Origin: Lama guanicoe | Taxonomy: Eukaryota | DNA length: 36,426 nt | Assembly: GCA_013239625.1 (NCBI GenBank) | Contig: MU054128.1 | Coordinates: forward strand, 1-36,426 | Reading direction: 5' to 3' | Part shown: positions 11,691 to 22,960 of the stretch, one piece after another | How the letters are laid out: the number at the start of each line of letters is the position of its first letter | Numbering within the stretch: position 1 is the stretch's first letter | The notes under the pieces: model-generated | The model's input: only the letters and a program-made list of their open reading frames with translations | Database searches by the model: none | Told to the model about the DNA's origin: nothing | Made by a program: the position numbers and the translations under genes

Positions 11691-12709
11691 GGAAAAGAGG
11701 CAACTGAATTCTAGTTTCTTCTGCAATCCTCATGCTGAGGGACCCTGATCACCTCACTTAATTATTCTGGGCATTAGTTGATGCATCTACCAAAATGGGG
11801 AAAATAAAGTTTGCAGGAGCTCTTTCTAAAAGCTGACGAGAGACATGGAGAGAATAAGAAATAAGAGAATTCTATGAACAGATAAAATCTATCATGCACA
11901 AATCAAGAAATATCCATAGAAATATTTTATTTTGATTTTGGTGTCCCCTTTGCTTCTTGACGTCTCCATGTCTGATTTCAGTCAACGTTCTCCTGTAGGG
12001 CTGCCCACTCTTCACGAAAGTCCATGTGTAAGGAGTAGCTGTCAAAGCAGAAGTGCACCCGAATCTCAGCCATGTCCTGGAGAGGTGGTCTTCACCGCAT
12101 TTGCACATCAGCCCCGAATCGTGGTGATAACAATCAGATAAGACTGTCTCCATCCATGAGACTTCTCTAACTTGGAATTCATGCAAATTAGAAAACTTCA
12201 TTGAGAACCACTGAACCCAAGATCTGAAATCCAAACGAGACGTGTGAGCATTAAGAAGTATGTGTATCTAAAAGCAAGCGCCCTGCAGAGGCTTCTGGGG
12301 AAGGTGATAGTTAAGCTTTACTAGGAACTTTGGGGAGAACCATTATGCCCATGAGGCATGGGAAACATGGGCCAGCTTGAGTTTCTGACCCTTCTCTGTC
12401 TATCACACCCTGCTTTTACCTCAAGTCAGTCTACACAATTAGACAATTCTCTTGTTTTGGTGCCTTTGCTCCTATCCTCACAAATGCCTTAATTATTCCT
12501 CAAGTTGATCTACTTGTTTGAACTTCCCACGTTTGCATGATGGTGCACGTTCTGCTCAATTTGTAAAGAAGTATTCTCTCCTAACTATTGCAAAATGCTG
12601 GCTAACAGCTTTGCTTTCAATGTCAGGATTCCTTGCCTCTCTCCATGGGTGCTCAATCTAAATTGTCTATTAGATGTAAAGTTAGGTTGTGAAGCTAGTG
12701 GCGTCACTA

Positions 12710-13360
12710 CCTCCAGGAGATATCTGTACCCCGAAGTTTATGGCAGCATTATTTACAACAGCCAAAACATGGAAACGCTTAAGTGTCTTGATGGATGAAC
12801 GAGTAAAGAAAGTAAAGAAAATGTGTATAATGGAATTTTATTTAGCCATAGAAAAGAAGGAACCCTTGCCGTTTCTGACAACATGGGTAGATCTTAAAGG
12901 CATGATACTAAGGGAAATAAGCCAGACAGAGAAAGGCAAATACCATATTATCTTACTTACCTAAGGAATCTAAGAAAATAAACTTACAGAGACAGAAAAT
13001 AGGTCGGTGGTTGCCAGAGGCAGGGAGATGAGGGTGTGGGGGAAATGACTAAGGGTGGTCAAAAGGTATACATTTCCAGAATGTTACAAGAAAAATAACT
13101 TCTGGGATGTATTGTACAATATAGTGAGCATCATTAACAATACTGTAGTGTATATTTGAAAGTTGCTAAGAAAATAAATCTTTAAAGTTCTCATTACAAG
13201 AAAGAAAAGAAAATTGTAGCTACATGAGGTGCTAGATATTAGCCAAACTTATGGTGGTAATTATTTTGCAATATATATGTATAGCAGATCACTATAGGGC
13301 AAGCCTTACATTAAAACACTGTTAGATGTCAATTATATCTTAATAAAACTGGAAAAAAAT
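12710..13360 (+). mobile_element. Older LINE-1 3' end (L1MA9-like): ORF2 tail and 3'UTR
   Basis: ORF 12689-12964 contains the L1 ORF2 C-terminal remnant (DICTPKFMAALFTTAKTWK...PFLTTWVDLKGMILREISQTEKGKY). The 3'UTR ends tgtcaattatatcttaataaaactggaaaaaaa. Confidence 0.9.
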
Positions 13361-16300
13361 AGAGTGATGAGCTACCTTAGCATGAATTGAAAAACTGAAA
13401 AAATGTTATGGTACTTTGGCTTCTGTGCTAAGTGTTGAACTTGTGATAATAAGATGCTTATTTTGTCTTACATCTTTGGGCATAACAGTGACACAGTTTT
13501 CACTGCGCTGCTTCTCATGGGTCCAGGGAAACATTCATTCTGTAAGGATTATTCTGATAGTATGAACTGTGGATTTTTTTTTTTTTTGGCATTTTGCTTG
13601 TTAACAGTGACAGTTTACCCAGAGGGAGTCAAGAAACCCTATAGATAGTTTAGAAAGGCATGGCTAGATGGACAGACGGATGAGTGAAAGGAAAGATCAG
13701 TAGAAAAAAAGCTTTGTCCACAAAAAGGAAGTTGTTCCCATAAGACAACCCCATTATTTATCTTGTCCAAGACATGACAGTAGGCTTCTTTTAAGAAATT
13801 ATTGCACATTCATAAAATAGATGAATATTTAAAGAACTTAGATGGCTTACTATCCATGTAAAATATTAGATAAAGCTATCCGTGCTGTTTGGCTGAAAAT
13901 GACCCCCAAGATTTGGGACTGTCAATACAACGTGTGCTATATACGTATGTAGCTCAGAGAGGAGCCTCTTTGGCTGCAGTGGATCAGATTGTTAGGAACT
14001 TTCAGAATTCAGATAGCTAGTGGAGGACTCAGCTGAGTCTGGAAACTCGGGAGCAGGACTGGGAATGTATGTGTGTCTAACTGTGCCCCCTCTAAGCCCC
14101 AGAAGCTCTGAGTCCAGGTGTGTGGGAGCCTCTGTACCAAGGCAACATCCCAAGAGGCAGAGTTCCCCAAAAGTGAACCTCAGGCTTTGGCTCTTACCAA
14201 GGTCATTTCTTGACATCATGCATGACTTTCCCCCAGCTTTCAAAAAATTTCTGTTTTCCATTACAGCAACACAGGTCCTCAAACACAAATATTGTCTTGC
14301 TGTTGTCGGAATGGACAGCCGAGATCTAGAACATCGCTATCACCGGGAAAAATACCAGTGGCCGGAGCCGGTTTAGAATGGAGGCTTCTCATGGGTCAGA
14401 GGTCGCCTATGTCTATTGATTTTTGTGAGGCTTACGACTGTCCATGTGTTGTGGTTTTTCTATTCTTCTTTAAGGAAAATATTTCACTGGCCAAAAAAAA
14501 AAAGTCAATCAATCTTTTAATGCAGAGGGAAATAAATCCCATAGCATCCACGTCTAAATTCTTGGTGGACCTCTGCAAAGTGGGATTTATGGGCACAGCT
14601 GGTTTGCAGCTGTAAAAATTTATATTTTTTAATGCAAACTGGCAGCTGTGCCTGCTGAATGGATACTTAGGCCCACGCACAAATTGCCTGGGAATCAGAA
14701 AGGTGTCTTAAGTTCTGCCCACATCTTGCCATTTGGAGAATCATTGCTGGGATTCAGTTTTCCTCCTTGTTCTCCTTGGAGAGGGGGTGGAAAAGTGCCT
14801 TCCCCTCGTTAGAAATGCTGCCTGTTGGGACTACATCCTTCCTCCTCCTAATCCAGGTTTAATCCTTTCAAGCAAGGAACTAAGAAACCACGGTCGGCTG
14901 TGGGATCTGCACACTTACTCTAAATAAGTCTGAGCTCTGTGATCCTTGCCTCCTGTCTGGCGAGAAAGGAAAAAGCAAAATTGGAAATGCCACAGGCAAC
15001 CCTGGTTTAGGAGCTGGATTCGAACGTTAGGCTGAGATCATAGGAAAGCAGTGAGAACCGAGCCTTGTCTAGCCTGTGTTTGAACATTTTACCTCTTTGC
15101 TGATTTCCTCTGCTTTGCAATGCAAAGGCAGTGATAGAATCTAGGATATCCTGTTACAAGTTTCATGCAAAAGTTTATTAAATTTGCTCTCATAATGACT
15201 GTGAGCCCAGAAAGAATGACTTGCACTCCGGAGCCCACAGTTCCCCCGACGCGAGCAGATTGCGTTATCATTTTTCCATGCACCGGTAATTTCCATTAGA
15301 AAGCTTGCTACCCTGGTATTGACAATTACAAACCAGAATCAGAAGGTGGAAAAGGCTCACCCACCCTGATCTGCGGTAAAGCCGACACCAGCTATCTGGG
15401 GAGAGAAGAAACACAAGGAAGTAAACACCGAGCTGCTGGTCTATCTGCCCCTTTTATGGGAGCACGACAAAGTGTGAAACATGAATGCAAAGAAAGAGAA
15501 TGATTTTCAGAGATTTAATACCTTTAGAATAGAAAGATTTGGTTGCGGTGTAAGGAGCCTTTTCACCTCAAGGTCACAGCTTGAATCCCATCTGGATTTA
15601 TGTAGAGTGTTCGCAGTCAATCATTTTTGAGCTCTTTCTGCAGTCTCGCCTCCTTGCACTGCATTCATTGTTTATGCCCATTGGGCCTTTAGCACTTTCG
15701 TCCTGCTCAGTCTTGTCTGCTTTTCTGGTTAATATGCCCTGATCTCTTCAACTGGCTGATTGGTTATGATGGATGGGTTTCTCTTCCTTCCTCCTTTCTT
15801 CACTTAGATATAATCAAGTTGGAATCAGACTTCCTACCCTTGATGCTCTAAAGGAAAAGAAAACAAAAAAATGCTCCTGGAATAAGGTGGTGTTGATGGA
15901 CCTTGGCACTCGGAAATACAGTTTTCCGCTCTTTTCAGCCAACATAGAAGGAGAATCAACTGATTTTCTTTTTATCCTTTTTGGGAATAATTAAAACATG
16001 AATATATGGGAAAATGCGGCATAAATACAGATGGCCTGCATATACTTCTTTTAAAGATAACAGTCATTTTATTAAATATTAATTATGAACTTATTATGTT
16101 AAAGGCACTGCCAGGAACTTTAGGTGCCAATAAATGCTAACCTTCCCCTTAGTTAATTGATTTAATAGAAACAAACATATATGTGTGTAAAATAAAAAAA
16201 ACAATGTAACGATGTAACGAGTAATGATGACACAAGGAATATATGATCGATCCTTCAGAGGCGCATAGTGACAGAAAGAATGTGGTGGTCTGGGCGGATT

Positions 16301-17989
16301 GAAGGAAGACCCATACAGGAGGCATGATGTGAAAAATACACGGCTTAAGAATGAGATAGGCAGAGAAATTAACTTGTGTGTCATTCCAGAACGTTAGAAG
16401 TTGAAAATATGTAGAAAGTGGGCTGGGGAGAAGGTGAAATGATGGGCAGGGAACACAATATCTTGGAGGCAATATTTGAGAGGTCTGGAGAAAACTAGAA
16501 CTATTGTTTTTTTCTTTTGTATACACCTCGTGGATCCTTCCCCTCTTTGTCCTCATTCCCTCCCCCTCTCCCCGCTAATTAAAAGCAGCAGACTAAGAGT
16601 CACAGCCCTGTCCTGCAGGATCCGCAATCCCTTGGTCCTGACGTGCTGAGATGGCATTTAAAGGCTGCAAGATGAGAAGCCCAGCTGAAGATTCTGGGAA
16701 GAGACAAGAACCAAGCCTCATGGCGCTCAAATTGTGGTCTGAGGCTTTAGCATTTTTCTTTCCTGTTCTCTTACAGCCATCAATCGCCTTCTCCAGACAT
16801 TGAATTCACTTACAAAGTTAAAACAGGGAAATAAAGTGGAATGCAATGATCAGGAAATTCCATTTGTTTTGTTTTATTTTTTTTTCCCTCTCCCTTTCAT
16901 CATTTTGTTGAATGTGTGCAGAACGATATGAGGTTATTCATTTGTACCCAAACAGGAATATAGGATTTGCCATATTGGATCAGCCCATTGGTCCGTCAAT
17001 GTTGTATTCTCTCTGCCTCCGGCACCGGGTGATACATGAAGCTCTGGAGGAGAGTGAACTCCCCCCACATACACACACTCAAGGAAGCAAGTCAATTGTG
17101 CAGTACAATATATGGGCTGAAATTCTTAGCTGCTCAGGATGGGATTAGATGAGTGGAACATGGATTTTAAAATGTCTAAATAGGACAGAAGCTGCATCAT
17201 TTGAAAACTAATTTAAGCAGATCTTACCTTTAGCAATTGTGTCCAATGTCTTCCTGATCACTTTCAGTTATAAGAACTATTATTTATCTCACAATAATAA
17301 ATTGAAATAGTGCAATCAAACTGCCCCATTCCAGGAAGATAAAGGCACACCTCTATGACAACTGACACATTGCTGCTCTCTCTCTGGTGAGAGCATACAT
17401 GCACTCAAAACTAGAATTTAACATAATGCCTCAAGATCCGACCCCCGCTTCGGTTGGTAATTATTAAAATGGGTTCCGTCTGTTCAATTACTTAGCCTAT
17501 TCACTCATTCACTCATCAGGAGAAGACTAGATTGTGTGGAAATCTTCTGTCCAGTGTGGAGTGTGCTACAGAAAAGGACCCCAAGGTTCTGTGTAGCTGG
17601 GGACTCGAGGCACCATGATGCAGGTGAGAACACGGTCTGTCACAGGTGTAGCCAGCTAAAATAAAACATGCATTCGGAGAACAGAGGGGCCAAGTCCAGA
17701 TGAAATGCGACGGAACAAACATTATTCTTATGTTTCCTTTTTGGAGGGGAATCTGAACAAAACATAAAATGATTAGCCTGAGATTCCTCAGAATCCAGTA
17801 TTTGTGTGATTTTAAAAATATGCTCTATTATAACAATAAATCACACTGTGGGAGTTGTACTCAGCTATACATAAGATCCAGTGTCCTGATCTGAATAATA
17901 ATTTTGCAAAATTATTTCTAGCTTCATCTGGGATTTTTCAGCCTGAAACCCCAGTCCAGACCTGTTGATAATAATTACAATAACAGTGA

Positions 17990-18993
17990 CAGAGCTAGAC
18001 GTGAATCTGTGGAATTCAATATAAAATGAAGCTTCAGGGCCCCCACTTCAAAAAGCAGTGGAAATGTGCCCAGGAAGGATATTAAAATACAAAACATTTT
18101 TTCCTTTTGTCCATGAGCTCGTGTTCATCTTGTCATAGGGTGTTCTATTTAATGTCATTCTAGTTAGTGAAAAATTAAAGTTATTAGCGTGATTTTTACC
18201 ATTCATCTTTATATTGTACAATGCTAGTTTTGCATACAAATATGGAAGCATTCAGCTTGTATGTGGAATAACCAAAATTGTGAAATTTGTATTCCAAGCT
18301 TGTATATTTTATGTATATATTTTGTCCTTACCAGAACTGTGGAAACACTACAGAAAACTAACTCAATTGTTTGCATTTTGTTTTCTGGTGCATGTATATT
18401 CAGCCAATCCTCTCTACTTCAGCTTAATGACAAATAAAAAAGAACTGAAAAGAAAAGACTTGTAGGTTGCCCTATCTTTCCCTTTTCCTTCCGAAGGTAA
18501 ACGGTTAGCTAATAGACAAGGAAGTAACTTGAGTAAGAAACGATGTGTTGGGAATATTGGATTGTTTTTGGTTTTTAGACCGCAGTTGTCTTCATTCTGT
18601 ATTCCAAGCAAGTTCTAGGTCCAATGGAAAGTGTGGTCTCTTGGGGAAAGTGTGTTCTCGCTGACTGAGTGGTAGATGTAACACACTTCCGTTCTACTTT
18701 TAAGTCACACTGAACTCCGCTTCACTTTGAGTCCGTCAGCATTCTGTACTCTAGGTTTGCAAATTTTAAACGCAAGTGGTTGGCAAGGAAGGTTGGTAAT
18801 GATGCGTATTTCCAGTATCTCTTCTGCTCACGTGCATGCCCCATTTTCCCACTGAACTTCACTTACAAAACACAAGTTCCAGGATAAAATTATTAATAAT
18901 TCAAGATGGTGACAACAGAGCATCAAACTAAATATGGATACTCTTAAAACAGAGGTCTGTGCTGTGGGGCTCCAGGACCATAAAGCTGACCTT
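17990..18993 (-). mobile_element. Near full-length MER45B-like (hAT-Tip100) non-autonomous DNA transposon
   Basis: Left end cagagctag...aaaatgaagcttcagggcccc and right end aattattaataattcaagatggtgacaacagagcatcaaac...ccataaagctgacctt match reverse MER45 termini. Degenerate 8-bp TSD aacagtga / aatagtaa. Confidence 0.75.
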
Positions 18994-19004
18994 AATAGTA
19001 ATAC

Positions 19005-19125
19005 TAATAAAATGTCTAACACTTGTTGTACTTGGTTGTGAGATGAAGCCACGTTCTACACACTATATCTTGAATTTTCTCAACAGCCCTGTTTGACAGA
19101 TGAGGGATTTGAAATTTTAAGATAG
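19005..19125 (-). mobile_element. MIR SINE fragment
   Basis: ctaacacttgttgtactt...tctcaacagccctgtttgacagatgaggg. Confidence 0.5.
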
Positions 19126-19149
19126 TAGACAATGTGCTTTTAGGGCATA

Positions 19150-19306
19150 AGACTCCGAACATGTTCTTTGGACAGCATTATCATCAGCTGGGGTTTGCTG
19201 AAAATGCAGAATCCTGGGCCCCACCCCAGAACTACTGAATCAGAACCTGCATGTTCAAGAGATTCCCCAGGTGATTTGTATGCCCATTAAAATTTGAAAA
19301 ATGCTG
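19150..19306. mobile_element. MER5A-type (hAT-Charlie) DNA transposon
   Basis: aaaatgcagaatcctgggccccaccccagaactactgaatcagaacctgcat...ccccaggtgatttgtatgc...aaaatttgaaaaatgctg. Confidence 0.88.
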
Positions 19307-19350
19307 TGTGGGTCCCTCTGATGACAACTGAAAGGCACTATAATTTGTAT

Positions 19351-19598
19351 TGTAGGGGAAGGGAAAGTTCCTCTGCTCCTCTTGGTTCTTTGGTTGATCA
19401 TTAAATTGACACATGGCAGATTAATAAAAGAAAAACAATTTTAAACTTTTTTTGGTACCTGAGAAGTGACTGAAACAGGCTGTTTAGATAACTTTATAGG
19501 CAAAACATCAATTATTTGTAAATATCTGATGAAACAAAGAGGTTTGAACTTGGAGCTACTAAGAAGTAACAAAGTTTGCTTATATAGCTTTCTCAGCC
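19351..19598. mobile_element. Partial ERV LTR
   Basis: Begins tgtaggggaaggg and contains aaattgacacatggcagattaataaaagaaaaac, typical of laurasiatherian ERV1 LTRs. The other end is not seen. Confidence 0.55.
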
Positions 19599-19599
19599 G

Positions 19600-19753
19600 T
19601 GAAAAGAAAAAAAATGAAAAAAACCCGAAAATATAAATATACATATATATATGTGTGTGTGTGTAATGTATGTATGTGTATAACTGACTCACTTTGCTAT
19701 ATACCTGAAACTAACATTGTGAATCAATTACACGTCAATGAAAAAATAAAAAC
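19600..19753 (+). mobile_element. LINE-1 extreme 3' end (artiodactyl type)
   Basis: gtataactgactcactttgctatatacctgaaactaacattgtgaatcaattacacgtcaatgaaaaaataaaa. Confidence 0.85.
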
Positions 19754-19766
19754 AAGCGTTTGCCTT

Positions 19767-19840
19767 TGTGTGTGTGTGTGTTTGTAGAGAGACTGAGTGA
19801 GAAAGAGGTGTAGAGAGAGAGAAGAAAGAGGGAGAGAGAA
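19767..19840. repeat. (TG)n followed by (GA)n-rich simple repeat
   Basis: Read directly from the sequence. Confidence 0.85.
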
Positions 19841-20429
19841 GCCAGGGGCTATGGAAAGTTAGAGTCAAACACACAGAATGAGCCATTTATGTTTAGAGCC
19901 GCGTTATAGACCTAAACTGCCTGGCGACCGTCATTTACCGGGTATCTTTGTAAACACAGAGGGGAGTTTATCTCCTTGAAACCAATCTACAGAAACGTTT
20001 TCATGTTCTTATTCCTATTAAAAAAAAAGAGAGCAAAACCTTAACCATGAAGTGTCTCCCTCTTTATTTTTTGCTGAAAATAATTATAAATGCAAAGCAA
20101 AATATCTAACTTTTTCTGGACAAAACTGTGAAACCCTGCGACACGAGGGACAATCTGCCGGTGGAAACAGTGTTCTCTCCTTCCGTTACACGGAGGCCTG
20201 CAGTCAGCTTTCCAGCTGTAATTCTCACCGACACCAGAGATATTAAGAATGTGAAGAAAATGCTCGAGTAGATTATACATAATAGTGTGAGACACAGTGA
20301 ATTATATTTTCTAATAATTGGCATTACAGCCTAGGACCGAGGGGAAGAAATAGAAGGAAAGCAAAGGGAATGTGGATGCAGAGACTCAAGGATGTCTCAT
20401 CTCTTCTTAGCAGTGGGGGTGGGAGCAAG

Positions 20430-20532
20430 GAAACTAAAGAAATAAAGAAAAGCAGAGAAAAGGAGGGAGGAAGAGAGGAAGAAAGGAGGGGAGGGAGAGA
20501 GGGAAGAAAGAAAAGGAGGAAATAAAAAAGAA
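20430..20532. repeat. Purine-rich low-complexity tract
   Basis: Nearly all A/G (aggagggaggaagagaggaagaaagg...). Confidence 0.8.
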
Positions 20533-20959
20533 ACCAACGCTCACTTTTGAGTCAGTACTGATGACCCGTCAAGCACGTGAATGCAGCGGACATAAAGGAC
20601 AGAGAAACGCAGCTGGAGCAGTGGCCGTAAAGGTGTGCCTGTCACGCAGGGGAAGCAATCGGAAATGTTACTTATTCTTGAAAATAAAGAAGAAAATAAT
20701 ACGTGTTTATTTGTGTATTCACCATCTCTTTACCTGCTTATTTTATAAAAATTACTTTTATAAAATTATTTTTAATTATTATAATGAACTATATTATATA
20801 TTATGTAATGTGTAAAATGTATAATTATATATATAATACAGTACATTGTATATGATATTACTATAACTCACAGTGTCAGTGCTGTAAATCCAGAGAGAGA
20901 TCTAGGGTCTTCCCTTAATTAGCCTGTTACAGTGTTGCCCAAACTTCCCTGAAGCAGTT

Positions 20960-21035
20960 TTGCCTCCCTGCCTATTTCATAGGATTTGTGGGAATCATCT
21001 AACAAGATAATCCATGAGAAGGCATTTTTTTCAAA
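20960..21035 (+). mobile_element. MIR SINE fragment
   Basis: ctgcctatttcataggatttgtgggaatcatctaacaagataatccatgagaaggcattt. Confidence 0.55.
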
Positions 21036-21672
21036 AAATATAAAACATGACTCCTCTAGGGATTTCAACACATCTTGAGAGAGAGCTGCTTCAGAGACCA
21101 CCCCTCTTTCAACGAAAGAGAAAGGAGATTCGTTTTTTATGGAGGTGTTGTGAAGTGTTAAAACAGGGACATAAAAAAAATTAAGGCCTGCAAACACACT
21201 GCAAAAAAGGAAAAGGTATTTTTGTGGGTGGTGGCTGGGAGTTATGTATCTCGATTGTTTGTCTAAGTAGTCAAACCTGATCAAAGAAGGACTCTGTTTA
21301 CTGCGTTTACCTTGAATTCACCTTGAGGAAAAGTGCAGACCAGACAGGGGCAGGCCCCCGAAAGCCCAGTGGTGCCCAGCAGGGACAGATACCCATTGAT
21401 TCCTAAGGTTAAAGGGAACGGGGACAGAAGCAGCAGAGTTAAAAACAGGAGTCAGGAAGGAGAGACGGGAAGAAAGAGGAAGAAGTCAAGATGAGAGGGG
21501 AAGGAGGAAGTTGAGAAGAGATGAAAGGAGTGGCCTAGAGTGAGTGGGAAGATGAGATTATGCCAGACTGAGAACACCAACTACAGAAAGAGTGAGGGGA
21601 AAACGGAGACCTGGATTCAGCAGTCCTGTGCAAACATGTGCTCAGAGTAGTTAAGCATCAAACTTGACTTAC

Positions 21673-21774
21673 CTTCAAATTTGCCTCCAGCAGAGAGTGC
21701 TGGGCACTATGAGATACTTCTTCAATTTTCTACCAGTTCAGGACATCATTGAAAAGTCACGACGGGTCCTTAGC
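21673..21774 (-). other. Candidate non-coding exon (102 nt)
   Basis: Minus-strand acceptor ctctctatccgtacctgcattccttcag|G and consensus donor GAAG|gtaagt. Stop codons in all three frames. Confidence 0.3.
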
Positions 21775-22284
21775 CTGAAGGAATGCAGGTACGGATAGAG
21801 AGTCACCCCAGTGCTTGGTTGAAATCATTCCTTTACAGTCACAGCACTGTGTGTGTGACCAGCAGGACTGTGCGCTAGGCTCAGATGGAATGCCTGTTCC
21901 AGCCTGAATTCCACCCTGGTCCCTTGTTCTCATTTCTTCTACTCCTGGACCAATAGACAGATGGCTATTTAAATGGTAGATTTCCCAACATGCATAAGAA
22001 GCAGTCAAGTGTTATAAATAATTAAGAATTCAGTTCAGCAACGTAGTCATGAATTTGTGAGTTTTATTGAATTTTTCTCTTCTCTTCTCACTTCCCCTCC
22101 TCCCTCTGCAAATTTATACATACAAATACCTACTTATTTATCTTTAATCCAAAGATCAATTCACAAAAACAAAACAAAACAAAGCATCATACCAGAGGCT
22201 GTGATGGAGCCAAGGCTGTGACAGCAGGAAGAGGAAAGCCACAGCCACAGTGATGTTCAGGCCTCTGTTCTGATTAATTGCATG

Positions 22285-22788
22285 TGTAGTTTAAAGAACC
22301 CTTTGGCACTCAGCCCCCATCCTTGCTGCTTCTTTTCTTGCAGCATTCTAATTTAGTTTGGATATCAAGTGGACAGATGCTTTAGGGGATCCGGGCCCTT
22401 ACTCAGTCCCTGGGGATCCTGATCACAGTGGTGATCCTGGCCAATGAAACACGAGGAGAAACTGCTTTGGGGTTTCTATGAATGTTTATGATAAGAGACG
22501 CAGAAAAGGTCATGTCCTTTCTTCATCATCTAGTCTTCTTTGTAGTTGTCTAAGGCTGTGTCTTCCAGAACGGTAGCAGCCATCTTGCAACCAAGAGAGA
22601 CAAGCCGAAGGACAAAAGCTGACATCCTGAAAACAGAAGACGAAATCTGTACCCTTGATGATTAAGTCCAGAACTTCTGACTTCCAAGCTTCCAGAATTC
22701 TAGGCACATAAGATACTAAAACATTCTTAGGTTTCTGGTCTAATCTTAATTGTGTGTCTGTTGTTGCATCTAAGAATACCATGATACA
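22285..22788 (+). mobile_element. MaLR LTR (MLT1J/K-like)
   Basis: ctggccaatgaaacacgaggagaa...gcagccatcttgcaacca...gttgcatctaagaataccatgataca terminus. Confidence 0.7.
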
Positions 22789-22808
22789 AATATCTTCCAC
22801 AGGAAAAA

Positions 22809-22960
22809 GTATATGTATACACACATATATATATATACAGAGAGAGAGACACAGAGAGACAGACATATATTATATATATATAGTAGTTTGCAAACTTACT
22901 TACCAAAAATATATATATATACATATATATATACATATATACATATATATATATATATCA
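22809..22960. repeat. Compound (TA)n/(GA)n microsatellite
   Basis: Read directly from the sequence. Confidence 0.9.

Noticed and set aside
12689..12964. 91-aa ORF with protein similarity
   Set aside because: Decayed L1 ORF2 C-terminus inside a truncated LINE.
13992..14680. Cluster of 82-118 aa ORFs on both strands
   Set aside because: No recognisable domains, alternative start codons and no convincing flanking splice sites. Expected by chance at slightly higher GC.
17221..17235. Minus-strand donor-like AAG|GTAAGA
   Set aside because: No matching acceptor at a plausible distance.
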